Shown in pieces: positions 16,841-25,236 of a stretch of 32,000 nucleotides of DNA. The position numbers and the translations under genes were made by a program. The notes beneath the pieces are model-generated. The model was not told where the DNA came from, searched no databases, and was given only the letters and a program-made list of their open reading frames with translations. The number at the start of each line of letters is the position of its first letter. The stretch's first letter is position 1. Origin of the DNA: Myxococcales bacterium (GTDB lineage: Bacteria; Myxococcota_A; Polyangia; Polyangiales; Polyangiaceae); contig SXNL01000208.1 in NCBI GenBank assembly GCA_005777185.1, positions 1-32,000 on the forward strand, given 5' to 3'.

Positions 16841-17847
16841 GCGACGCGACGGAGGCGCCGACCCCGCGCAGGCTCGCGCAGGCGCGACGTGAGGGGGACG
16901 GGGGCGCCACCTCGGCCGCCTCCCACGCCGCCGCGCTCGTGACCGTCGCGCTGCTCCTGCCCGCCGCCGTCGTCACCCTCGCGGAGACGACGAACCGGGG
17001 GCTCCGCGATGCCTTCGCGGCGATCGCGGCGCCTGCGCCGAGGGTCGTCTTCGAGGCCGCCACGCTCGCGAAGCCCCTCCTCGCCGTGTCGGCCCCCTTG
17101 CTCGTGGCCGTGGCCGTGACGAGCCTCATGGCGACGCTCACGCAGACGGGAGGCCGCGTCGCCGTGGCCAGGCTCGCCCCGCGCATGTCGCGGCTCTCGC
17201 CCGCCGGGGGGGCCCGCCGGTTCTTCTCGGCGTCGAGGCTCCTCGGGGCGGCGCGCGCCGTGACGGCGAGCGTCGTCGTCGGCGCGATCGCGTGGCTCAC
17301 CTTGCACGATCACGCCGCGGACCTCGCGCGATCGGCGGGCGAGCCCCGATACGCGTGGGCCCTCGGCCTCTCGCTCGGGGGCGCCGTGCTCCTCCGCGGC
17401 GCGGCGGCCGCGGTCGCCCTGGGTGTCGTCGACCTCGCGGTGACGAGGTGGGCGTGGATGAACCGGCTCAGGATGACGCGCGAGGCGGTACGGCGCGACC
17501 TCCGGGAGGCGGAGGGAGACCCCGATGTCCGGACCGCGCGGCGCAGGGCACACGCGGATCTCCTGCGGGGCGCGCGGCTGGCGGACGTGGCCGCCGCGAG
17601 CCTCCTCGTCACCGGGCGCTCGGGTGCGTGCGCGCTCGCGTACGAAGGCGACGACGCGGGCGCGGCGCCCCTCGTCGTGGCGTCCGGCGTCGCGTCGGAG
17701 CTCGAGCGCGTCGCGAGGGAGCGCGGCGTGCCCATCGTGGCGGACGACGCCCTCGCGCGCGTGCTCCTGGGACTCGAGATCGGTCAGGAGATTCCGGAGT
17801 CGCTCTACGAGGACGTCGCCCTCGCCTTCCGCGACGCGCGCGGGTGA
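16837..17847 (+). CDS. FlhB/YscU/SctU-family type III export-apparatus switch protein homologue, NPTH autocleavage motif degenerate
   Basis: GTG 16837 overlaps the obg TGA (GTGA). The N-terminus TEAPTPRRLAQARREGD parallels the FlhB motif EKTEKPTPKRLxEARxKG. Four hydrophobic helices follow. The linker MTREAVRRDLREAEGDPDVRTARRRAH parallels MSKQExKxExKExEGDPxxK. The C-domain has ..APLVVASGVASELERVARERGVPIVADDALARVLL...GQEIPESLYEDVA. At the NPTH position the sequence reads LLVT-GRSG-ACALAY (GRSG = 17614-17625). Confidence 0.85.
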   Translation: MSDATEAPTPRRLAQARREGDGGATSAASHAAALVTVALLLPAAVVTLAETTNRGLRDAFAAIAAPAPRVVFEAATLAKPLLAVSAPLLVAVAVTSLMATLTQTGGRVAVARLAPRMSRLSPAGGARRFFSASRLLGAARAVTASVVVGAIAWLTLHDHAADLARSAGEPRYAWALGLSLGGAVLLRGAAAAVALGVVDLAVTRWAWMNRLRMTREAVRRDLREAEGDPDVRTARRRAHADLLRGARLADVAAASLLVTGRSGACALAYEGDDAGAAPLVVASGVASELERVARERGVPIVADDALARVLLGLEIGQEIPESLYEDVALAFRDARG

Positions 17848-17848
17848 G

Positions 17849-20281
17849 TCACACCGCCGAGCGCAGCCGCTGGGCCTCCTCCCCGCGCGACACGCCGGCG
17901 AAGAGCTTCGAGAGGAACACGAGGCTCGCCTGAATGCCGCGACGGTCGCCCCGCTCCCTCGCTCGCGCGAGGGCATCGAGGCCCTCGAGGAGCGCGTCGT
18001 CGGGGCGGCCGGCCGCGGCCAGGGCCACCGCCAGTGCGAGAGACGTCTGGCAGCGCAGCGCCACGTCCTCGGGACCGAGCCCCTGGCGCGCCTTCCTCAG
18101 CACGCGCAACGCGTCGCCGATCTCGCCGCGGTTCAGACGGGCCATCGCCTGCATCCGGTCCGCGAACAGGCGCTTCTCGCCCGTCGCGCTGAGGCCGTCG
18201 AGCCACTTCTCGAGCCCGGTCGTGTCCTCGGACAGGAGGGCGTTCTTCGCCAGCTCGGAGAGGCGCTGCACGAGCCCCACCTCGCCGACGCTCGAGGGCG
18301 AGGCCGTCCAGTCCTTCGGGGCGATGACCTCCAGTGGCACGGCCTGCTCCACGGTGGGCGGCTCGGACTCAGGATCCCCCGCCCGGCCCGCGTCTCGCGT
18401 GGACGCGGGCGGCGACGCGATTCTCGGCCCGGTCGACGCGCTCGAGGGCTCCCCCCGGTCCGTCGTGGGGGGAATGGTGAACAGGTCGACCTTCGTGTCC
18501 GCGGCGGAGACCGTGGACGCGAGCTGCGCGCGCGTGCGCACCTCGCACGTCGGATCCTCGCGGCGAGCGAACGCCAGGAGCGACGACGCTGCCTGCTCGA
18601 GCCCGAGCCGCTGCGCCTCGACCGCCGCGCCGAGGGCGAGCCGCGACGCGCGCGCGCTGTCGCCCGCCCCCGCCGCGTGCCACGCGGCCTCGGCCTTGCC
18701 GAGAGGTCCCTCGCGCTCCTCGAGCTCGTCGCAGATCGCGCGGTGGATGGCCTGTCGGGTCCCGTCGTCGAGGATCTCCGACAGCGTGTCCCTGTGCGTG
18801 CGCGACGGGAGCCCCACCCAGTCGACCTGCGGTGTGTCGAGCCAGCGGGCGCGTGAGAGGTCGGCGACGAGCCCGTCGGAGGTCGCGTCGGGATCCGCCC
18901 GCTGGAGGACGCGGAAGAGGCGCGAGGTCGACGTCTCGCCCCCGAGGAGCGCGACGGCGCACAGGAGGACCTTCGCGTGCACCGGGAGGTCCAGCGCGCG
19001 CTCCGCGATCCAGTGCGTCGCGGGGTGAGGCTTACCCTTGCCCGAAGCGCGCGTCCTCGGCTCCGCGCGATCCGTGTACCATGCAATTTTCCCGGTCGCG
19101 GTGCCGTGCGCGATGGCCTCGACGATCCCGAGCGGCGCGTAGGAGCCGAGCCGCGCGAAGCGAGCGCAGCCCTTCGCGTCGAGGAGCCCGCCCGTGGCCG
19201 CCTTAGCGAGCTCCTCGGCGCTCTCGCGGGTCATGGGCCGGAGCTCGATCTCCGGCCCCGCCTCGAGGTGCGCCACGGCCGCCGGAGGTGACGTCGTCGC
19301 GTCCAGTCTCACGACGAAGCCGAAGGCCCGCTCGGCGCCCTTGATCGCCCCCGCACACGCTTCGAGGCTCGCGACGTCCACATCCTGGGCATCGTCGACG
19401 AGGAGCGTGCCCGACGACGCCGCCTTCTTCGGCCAGAGGAAGGCGGTGATGATCTTCGACGCGACCGGGATGGGGATCCCCTCGCCCCGGACGAGCTGCT
19501 CGACCTCGCGCGCCAGCTCGAGGAGGAACGGGTCCACCTCGTCGGACGCCGCGCGGGCGATGGCGCGTCGGAGCGCGCCGAGCGGCTCCATCCCGCTGCC
19601 GGAGGGCGACAGCACGAGGGCATGAGAGGGTCGCACCGACCCGGCGACCTCGCGGAGGAACCGGGTGCCTCCGAGCCCCGGATCGGCGCGGAGCACGGAC
19701 AGCGTCCCTGGCATCCAGAGGATCGCCTTCGGATCCTCGACGGTCACGAGCGCAGGCGTCTTCAGCTTGGCGACACGGTTCTCGGCGTCGCGTCGCCACG
19801 GCTGCAGCGTGTCCAGGAGCGCGCCGTGGACCTGGACGCCGCTCCTCCGCGCGTGGACTTTCCTCAGCGTGAGGAGGCGGTTCGCCTTGTACGCGCGGAG
19901 GCTGTCCCCGACGACGACATCCCCCGGCCCGCCGAGCTCGGACAGCGCCTCGGCGGCGACCAGGGCGAGCCCCCACGAGAGCTCTCCGTACGCGCCTTCC
20001 TCCGACACCGGACCGAGCTCCCCCTGCGCGACACCGCAAGCGTAGGGCTCCTCCCCCGGGAACGTCTCCTCGCCCGGCGAGCGGGCGAGGCCGATGATGT
20101 CCTCGAACGACTCCGGGGCGAGCGAGAACGAGACGACGCTGCCGCCCCAAGCCACGAGCGCGCCGCCCCGCGCCTCGACCCGCGCGATGAGCGCCCTTGC
20201 GCGCTCCACGTGCCCCCGCCGGACGAGCTCCGACGCGGGCCGCAACCCGAGTCGAAACGACGCGATGATCCTCTCGGCCAA
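17849..20281 (-). CDS. Large regulatory-type protein: degenerate cyclase-homology-like N-terminus, STAND/AAA-like NTPase module with degenerate Walker A, C-terminal TPR-like helical repeats
   Basis: 810-aa ORF with strongly G/C-ending codons. The P-loop position reads RADPGLGGTRFL, with the Lys of GxxxxGK[ST] replaced by Gly. The Walker B-like motif is TLLVDDAQDVD. The C-terminal third is Ala/Leu-rich and helical (..MQAMARLNRGEIGDALRVLRKARQG...LALAVALAAAGRPDDALLEGLDALARARE..). TTG start at 20281, 17 nt after the pspA stop. Confidence 0.65.
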   Translation of the reverse strand: MAERIIASFRLGLRPASELVRRGHVERARALIARVEARGGALVAWGGSVVSFSLAPESFEDIIGLARSPGEETFPGEEPYACGVAQGELGPVSEEGAYGELSWGLALVAAEALSELGGPGDVVVGDSLRAYKANRLLTLRKVHARRSGVQVHGALLDTLQPWRRDAENRVAKLKTPALVTVEDPKAILWMPGTLSVLRADPGLGGTRFLREVAGSVRPSHALVLSPSGSGMEPLGALRRAIARAASDEVDPFLLELAREVEQLVRGEGIPIPVASKIITAFLWPKKAASSGTLLVDDAQDVDVASLEACAGAIKGAERAFGFVVRLDATTSPPAAVAHLEAGPEIELRPMTRESAEELAKAATGGLLDAKGCARFARLGSYAPLGIVEAIAHGTATGKIAWYTDRAEPRTRASGKGKPHPATHWIAERALDLPVHAKVLLCAVALLGGETSTSRLFRVLQRADPDATSDGLVADLSRARWLDTPQVDWVGLPSRTHRDTLSEILDDGTRQAIHRAICDELEEREGPLGKAEAAWHAAGAGDSARASRLALGAAVEAQRLGLEQAASSLLAFARREDPTCEVRTRAQLASTVSAADTKVDLFTIPPTTDRGEPSSASTGPRIASPPASTRDAGRAGDPESEPPTVEQAVPLEVIAPKDWTASPSSVGEVGLVQRLSELAKNALLSEDTTGLEKWLDGLSATGEKRLFADRMQAMARLNRGEIGDALRVLRKARQGLGPEDVALRCQTSLALAVALAAAGRPDDALLEGLDALARARERGDRRGIQASLVFLSKLFAGVSRGEEAQRLRSAV

Positions 20282-20298
20282 GTGGGGCTCTTGCCGCG

Positions 20299-21003
20299 CT
20301 ACACGCGGATGCGCTTCTTCAGGGCGGCGAGCTCGTCGTCCAGGTCGCTCGGGGTCTTGCCCTCCCCGCCGCCCTTCATGTCGCGCTCGAGGTCGCGGAA
20401 CTTCGCCTCGAGGTCCTCGCCGCGGCGACCCTTGCCGAGCGCCTCCTCGACCTCGTTCATGGCGAGGCCCTCCTGCTCCCGGCCCTCGATCTTCTCCTCC
20501 ATCTGACGGAAGTTGTCGAACGCCGACGACCCAGCCTTGCTCCCGAGGTCCGTCGACCCTGCGCGGGCCTGCTGCGCGCGGCTGATGATGGTGCCCTTGC
20601 GCATCTTCAGCTCCTCGAGCTTGTCCTCCATGCGGTCGAGCTCCTGCTTCATCTTGAGGGCGGTGTCGCGCTGCTCGACGCGCGCCGTCTCGGCGGACTC
20701 GAGCTCCTGGTTGACGCGCTTCTTCTGCTTGAGGGCGTCACGGGCGAGCGCCTCGTCGTCGCTCTTGAGGGCGAGCTCGGCGCGCTTCTCCCACTTCTCG
20801 GCCTCGGCGCGGAGATCGTCGGCCTTCTTCTTCAGCATCTTCTCCGCGGCGATGGCCGAGATGACGTCCTGCCGGCCCTCCTTGAGCTGCGCGGCCATCT
20901 CCTCGAGGTTGAGCTCGACCAGCTTCTTGTCGTCCTCCGCCTTGTCGAGCATCGAGTTGACGTTGCTCGAGATCACCTTGCCCATGCGGTCGAAAATGCC
21001 CAT
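20299..21003 (-). CDS. pspA: PspA/IM30 (phage-shock protein A / Vipp1) family protein
   Basis: ATG 21003 with a GGAGG 7 nt upstream. MGIFDRMGKVISSNVNSMLDKAEDDKKLVELNLEEMAAQLKEGRQDV... is the canonical PspA N-terminus and coiled coil. The track ORF start at 21048 adds 15 unlikely residues. Confidence 0.95.
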   Translation of the reverse strand: MGIFDRMGKVISSNVNSMLDKAEDDKKLVELNLEEMAAQLKEGRQDVISAIAAEKMLKKKADDLRAEAEKWEKRAELALKSDDEALARDALKQKKRVNQELESAETARVEQRDTALKMKQELDRMEDKLEELKMRKGTIISRAQQARAGSTDLGSKAGSSAFDNFRQMEEKIEGREQEGLAMNEVEEALGKGRRGEDLEAKFRDLERDMKGGGEGKTPSDLDDELAALKKRIRV

Positions 21004-21166
21004 CGCCGAACCTCCAGACGCGACCCTCGGCCGTGCGCCAGGCTTCACTGTAACCCCGCCAAAGTGGTCGCGTAATGGCGAAAAGCGACGGGCGGCACCC
21101 CGTCGCGCTTTTCCGCCGGTGCCCTCCGACGTCGAAATCCGGTGCGGTTTCGCATACTCTCACGTC

Positions 21167-21343
21167 ATGGCGACGTGCAAGGAATGCGACAACGAGGTGG
21201 ACGCCCTCGTCACCGTCAAGGTCGGGACCAAGAAGCGGAAGATGTGCGAGGACTGCGCGGATCGCCTGCGCGAGGCCGGCGAGATCGCCGAGGCGAGCGA
21301 GGCCATCGTGCAGGACATGATGGGGTTCAAGGGCCGCCGCTGA
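21167..21343 (+). CDS. Small (58 aa) zinc-ribbon-like protein
   Basis: MATCKECDNEVDALVTVKVGTKKRKMCEDCADRLREAGEIAEASEAIVQDMMGFKGRR contains two CxxC pairs. Nearly every codon ends in G/C, matching real genes here. The gene is divergent from pspA. Confidence 0.7.
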   Translation: MATCKECDNEVDALVTVKVGTKKRKMCEDCADRLREAGEIAEASEAIVQDMMGFKGRR

Positions 21344-21367
21344 CGCCCGCCCGGCGCGCGCGCCGCG

Positions 21368-22777
21368 TCAGCGGTTCATGATGTGGACCGCGTGCCCGAG
21401 CCCCGCCATCGCCGCCTCCATCATGCCCTCGCCCAGCGTCGGGTGCGGATGGATCGTGAGCCCCAGATCCTCCAGGAACGCGTGCATCTCGAGCGCGAGC
21501 GCGCCCTCGCTGATGAGGTCGCTCGCCTCCGCGCCCACGATGTGGATGCCCAGGATCTCGTGGGTCTTCTTGTCGGCGACGATCTTGAAGAAGCCGTCCG
21601 TCTCGTTCACGGCCATGGCGCGCCCGAGCGCGGCGAAGGGGAACTTCCCGACGCGCACGTCGAGGCCCTTCTTCTTCGCCTCCTCCTCGGTCAGGCCCAC
21701 GACGGCGATCTCTGGATCGGTGAAGATCGCTCCCGGGATGCCGACCCAGTCCTTCGCCGCCTTGTGCCCGGCGATGACCTCCGCCACGACCTCGCCCTCC
21801 TTGGACGCCTTGTGCGCGAGCATCGGGAGGCCCGAGACGTCGCCGATCGCGTAGATACCCTCGACGTTGGTGCGACCGTGGACGTCCGCCGGGATGAAGC
21901 CACGCTCGACCTTCACGCCGACCTCCTCGAGACCGAGGCCCGCACCGTTCGGCCGCATGCCCACGGCGACCAGCACGCAGTCGGTGACCACCGTGTCGAA
22001 CTTGCCCTCGCCCATGTCGACCTTGACGGCGAGCGAGCCGTCCGCGTTCGTCTCGTAGCTCGCGGCCTTCGCGCGCTTCAGGATGCGCGCGCCGTTCTTG
22101 ACGAGCTTCTTCTCGACGACGGCGGTGAGCTCGGGATCGGTGCCGGGGAGGAGCGACGGCGTCGCCTCGACGACGGTGATCTCCGATCCGAGCTTCTGAT
22201 ACACGCAGCCGAGCTCGAGACCGATGACACCGCCCCCGATGACGAGCATGCGCTTCGGCACCTCGCGCAGGCTCACGGCCTCCTTCGCTCCGATCACCTT
22301 CTTCCCGTCGAACTTGAACGCGGGGAGCTCGATCGTCGTCGATCCGGTCGCGATGACGATGGCGCGCGCCTCGATCGTCTCGGTGGCGCCCTCGCGGGTC
22401 TTCACGGTCACGGTGTTCTTGCCGGTGACCCTCGCCTCGCCCACGACGAGATCCACCTTGTTGCCCTTGAAGAGCCCGCGGATCCCGCCCGTGAGCTTCT
22501 TCACGATGCCGTTCTTCCAGTCCTGCATCCGGTCGACGTCGATGCGGACGTTGTCGCAGACGAGGCCCATGGACGCGCCGTGCTTCGCCTTCTCGTAGGT
22601 GTGGCTGGCCGCGATGAGCGCCTTGGACGGAACGCAACCCCAGTTGAGGCACACGCCGCCGACCTCGTCCTTCTCGACGCAGACCACCTTCTGCCCGAGC
22701 TGGCCGAGGCGGATCGAGCACACGTAGCCGCCCGGACCTCCGCCGATCACCACCGCGTCCACCGTTCGCGTCGCCAT
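21368..22777 (-). CDS. lpdA: Dihydrolipoyl dehydrogenase (E3)
   Basis: DAVVIGGGPGGY (FAD GxGxxG), the redox-active disulfide CLNWGCVPSK, the NAD site LVIGGGVIGLE, and C-terminal HPHPTLGE. A GGAAGGA Shine-Dalgarno sequence lies upstream. Confidence 0.97.
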   Translation of the reverse strand: MATRTVDAVVIGGGPGGYVCSIRLGQLGQKVVCVEKDEVGGVCLNWGCVPSKALIAASHTYEKAKHGASMGLVCDNVRIDVDRMQDWKNGIVKKLTGGIRGLFKGNKVDLVVGEARVTGKNTVTVKTREGATETIEARAIVIATGSTTIELPAFKFDGKKVIGAKEAVSLREVPKRMLVIGGGVIGLELGCVYQKLGSEITVVEATPSLLPGTDPELTAVVEKKLVKNGARILKRAKAASYETNADGSLAVKVDMGEGKFDTVVTDCVLVAVGMRPNGAGLGLEEVGVKVERGFIPADVHGRTNVEGIYAIGDVSGLPMLAHKASKEGEVVAEVIAGHKAAKDWVGIPGAIFTDPEIAVVGLTEEEAKKKGLDVRVGKFPFAALGRAMAVNETDGFFKIVADKKTHEILGIHIVGAEASDLISEGALALEMHAFLEDLGLTIHPHPTLGEGMMEAAMAGLGHAVHIMNR

Positions 22778-22798
22778 GTTCGAAGTCCTTCCGGAGTG

Positions 22799-23911
22799 TC
22801 AGTGCGTGGGGGCGAGGGGCAGCCGCTGCAAGAGCGCCTCTTGCTCCACGAGGTTCCACGTGGGCTCGCTGTAGACGTCGCTGAAGAGGGACCCCCGCGG
22901 CGGGGGCGGCAGCTCCTCGACGGCCTTCACGGCGTCGATCACCTCTCGCGAGAGCTCCTCGTCGAGCGCCTTGTCGGCCACGTCGTCGAGCCAGCCCATC
23001 GCGACGAGATGGCGGCGGAGGCGGAGCTCGGGGTCCTTCTTCTTCCACTCGGCGACCTCCGCCTCGGAGCGGTAGCGCGTGGGATCGTCGCTCGTCGAGT
23101 GGGCGCCGATGCGGTAGGTGAGCGCCTCCACGAACGTCGGCCCTTCCCCTCCACGCGCGCGGCGCACCGCGTCGCCGACGACCTTGTAGACCGCGAGGAG
23201 ATCGTTCCCGTCGACGCGCACGGCGGGCATCGCGTACGCGCGGGCCTTCAACGCGATCGTGCGCGAGGCGGTCTGGCGTGACGTGGGCACGCTGATCGAC
23301 CAGTGGTTGTTCTGGCAGATGAGCACGCACGGCACGTGAAAAACAGCCGCGAAGTTCATCGCCGAGTGGAAATCGGGCTGGCTGGTGGCGCCATCCCCCA
23401 TGAAGCCGAGGGTCACGTGAGGATCCCTGCGGAGCTTCATCGCCCACGCCGTGCCGACGGCCTGGGTGATCTGGGGGCCGATGTTCGACGACCAGCTCAC
23501 CTGGTTCACCTCGCGGCCCGAATGGTGGCTGGGCATCTGCCGCCCCTTGAGGACGTCACCCGAGTTGCCGAAGACCTGGGCCACGAACTTCGAGAGCGGG
23601 AAGCCGCGCACGAGCATGATGCTCTGCTCGCGGAGCGCCGGGTACACCCAGTCGCCCGCGTCGAGCACGAGCCCCGTGGCGATGGGCACGGCCTCCTGCC
23701 CGGTGCACGCGCCGTAGAAGCCGACGCGGCCCTGACGCTGCAGGAGGATCATGCGCGCGTCGAGGATGCGGAGCCGCCGCATCTCCCGGTAGGCGCGGAG
23801 GAGCGTCTCGCGTGGGATCCCCGGGTCGGTGGCCGGGTCGGCGGTGCCGTCCTCCCGGAGGACCTTGAACAGCGCTACGTCGGGATCGGAGTCTCTCGGC
23901 TCGTGCGCCAC
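22799..23911 (-). CDS. 2-oxoacid (branched-chain/pyruvate type) dehydrogenase E1 component alpha subunit
   Basis: The TPP motif is GFMGDGATSQPDFHSAMNFAAVFHVPCVLICQNNHWSIS (GDG-x24-27-NN). YRIGAHSTSDDPTRYR is typical of E1-alpha. I prefer the GTG at 23911 (VAHEPRDSD..) because an AAGAGGA Shine-Dalgarno sequence lies 5 nt upstream. The track start is 23962. Confidence 0.9.
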   Translation of the reverse strand: MAHEPRDSDPDVALFKVLREDGTADPATDPGIPRETLLRAYREMRRLRILDARMILLQRQGRVGFYGACTGQEAVPIATGLVLDAGDWVYPALREQSIMLVRGFPLSKFVAQVFGNSGDVLKGRQMPSHHSGREVNQVSWSSNIGPQITQAVGTAWAMKLRRDPHVTLGFMGDGATSQPDFHSAMNFAAVFHVPCVLICQNNHWSISVPTSRQTASRTIALKARAYAMPAVRVDGNDLLAVYKVVGDAVRRARGGEGPTFVEALTYRIGAHSTSDDPTRYRSEAEVAEWKKKDPELRLRRHLVAMGWLDDVADKALDEELSREVIDAVKAVEELPPPPRGSLFSDVYSEPTWNLVEQEALLQRLPLAPTH

Positions 23912-24016
23912 GTGGGTCCTCTTAGTACAACCACCCGACCCCCACAACACCACGTCGTTCACGCGCGCACGCAGACCTCACCCTCCCGGCCTCCCTCGCC
24001 CTGAAGCCCTCGCACG

Positions 24017-24967
24017 TCACCGACAGATCGACAGCCACACGGGGAAGTCGGCCGCGCTCAGGTTCCCCGTGCACGACTCCCCGGCGGGGCACCCACCCTT
24101 GCCGGGGGCCGTGCCGAGGCCGCCCGCGTCGTAATCGCCGGGCAGCGCCGTGAGCGGCTTGTGGCAGAGCCAGAGACACTCGTTGCCGCCGTCGCTCTTC
24201 AGGAAGCACATCGTCCCGTCGATGCACCCGTTGCCGCACGGCTGGTGCGCGAGGGCGGGCGGCGGGTTGAAGATGGGCTCGCACGTCGACGTGCCGACCT
24301 TGTCTTGCACGGTGCACGCCGTGTTGGGGCTCTTGCAAGGCTCGAGACCGAAGACCTTGCAGCGCTCCTTGTAGGAGCACACCTGGTAGGCGGGCTTGCC
24401 GCCGACGGTCACGTTCACCTCGCACGCGCCAGCGATGCCCTCCGGCACGCTCACGCCACACGCCGCGTTGTCGCCGGGGCAGCAGTGCGGCGAACATCGT
24501 CCCGACTTCCTGCCCGCGCCCGCGTCTGGCCCGCAGGGGGCGCCGATGCACTCGAGCCCTGGCAGGCAGGGGTTCGCCGTGTCCGAAGGGCAGCACTCGC
24601 GGCCCAGCGGGAGCTGTTGCGACTGCTGGGCGGCGACGCACCGGGTCGACAGCGTGCCCCCGACGCCGGACGTGACGACGCACTCCTGCGGCACGCCGCC
24701 CTTGTCCGGACAGTCCTGCAGCACGAGATCGCACGGACCGGTGGCGGGGCTACATCCGCCGCCCTCGCGCTTGACACCGGCGTCGGCCGGCGGCGGCGCG
24801 CCCTGGTCCTTGTCGCTCGCGTCGGCGCCGGGTGTCGTCGTCGCGTCGGCGCCCGCCTCGGCCGGGGCCGAAAGGGGCGTGCTCGACGGGCTCGAGCACG
24901 CCAGGCCGATGAGGCCGGCCGCGAACGAGCTCGACAGCGCGGTAAGGATCAGGGTCCGGTGGTTCAT
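24017..24967 (-). CDS. Cys-rich probable lipoprotein (about 36 Cys in the mature part)
   Basis: Start at ATG 24967 (MNHRTLILTALSSSFAAGLIGLACSS). A Pro/Ala/Asp-rich spacer is followed by a dense Cys pattern (..CSPATGPCDLVLQDCPDKGG..ECCPSD..CLPGLECIG..CSPHCCPGDNAACG..). The 13 codons between 25006 and 24967 have A/T-ending codons, so they are probably not translated. Confidence 0.8.
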   Translation of the reverse strand: MNHRTLILTALSSSFAAGLIGLACSSPSSTPLSAPAEAGADATTTPGADASDKDQGAPPPADAGVKREGGGCSPATGPCDLVLQDCPDKGGVPQECVVTSGVGGTLSTRCVAAQQSQQLPLGRECCPSDTANPCLPGLECIGAPCGPDAGAGRKSGRCSPHCCPGDNAACGVSVPEGIAGACEVNVTVGGKPAYQVCSYKERCKVFGLEPCKSPNTACTVQDKVGTSTCEPIFNPPPALAHQPCGNGCIDGTMCFLKSDGGNECLWLCHKPLTALPGDYDAGGLGTAPGKGGCPAGESCTGNLSAADFPVWLSICR

Positions 24968-25009
24968 CACTTGATTGTAGAATGAACCCACCCCCGACGC
25001 CCCCATTTG

Positions 25010-25231
25010 TCAACGCTGGGGCGGCTTGAGGTACAGGTTCGGCACGCGAGGGCTGTCGTCGGTTGCAGCCGCGCCCGAGGCGGACGCTCCCGGCTGCGCG
25101 CTCGATGCCGTCACGGGCGTGGTCACGCTGTTGGGCTTCGGGATGTCGACGGGCGCCTTCGTCTCCTCGCAGCCCGAGCACCCTGCGAGGAGCAGCGTAC
25201 CCAGGCCCGCGAGGAGGTGGATGGCCTTCAC
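25010..25231 (-). CDS. Small (73 aa) lipoprotein
   Basis: GTG 25231 lies 5 nt after the upstream stop. VKAIHLLAGLGTLLLAGCSGC has a canonical LAGC lipobox. G/C-ending codons throughout. Confidence 0.6.
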   Translation of the reverse strand: MKAIHLLAGLGTLLLAGCSGCEETKAPVDIPKPNSVTTPVTASSAQPGASASGAAATDDSPRVPNLYLKPPQR

Positions 25232-25236
25232 GTGAC

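Noticed and set aside
11776-17976. Long minus-strand ORFs 11776-13926, 13362-15050, 14795-16720 and 16336-17976
   Set aside because: All are antisense to plus-strand genes with strong motifs (M10 zinc site, Cys-rich repeats, Obg, FlhB-like). The products are Arg/Gly/Pro/Asp-rich with no domains.
21327-23447. 706-aa minus-strand ORF and 632-aa plus-strand ORF (21383-23281) overlapping lpdA and E1-alpha
   Set aside because: They are off-frame or antisense to lpdA and E1-alpha, whose translations carry unmistakable FAD/NAD/disulfide and TPP motifs.
24968-25006. Upstream ATG (25006) as the start of the Cys-rich lipoprotein gene
   Set aside because: The 13 extra codons (ggt tca ttc tac aat caa ...) end in A/T, unlike the rest of the gene. 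They would also put an uncharged extension before the normal n-region MNHR. ATG 24967 is preferred.
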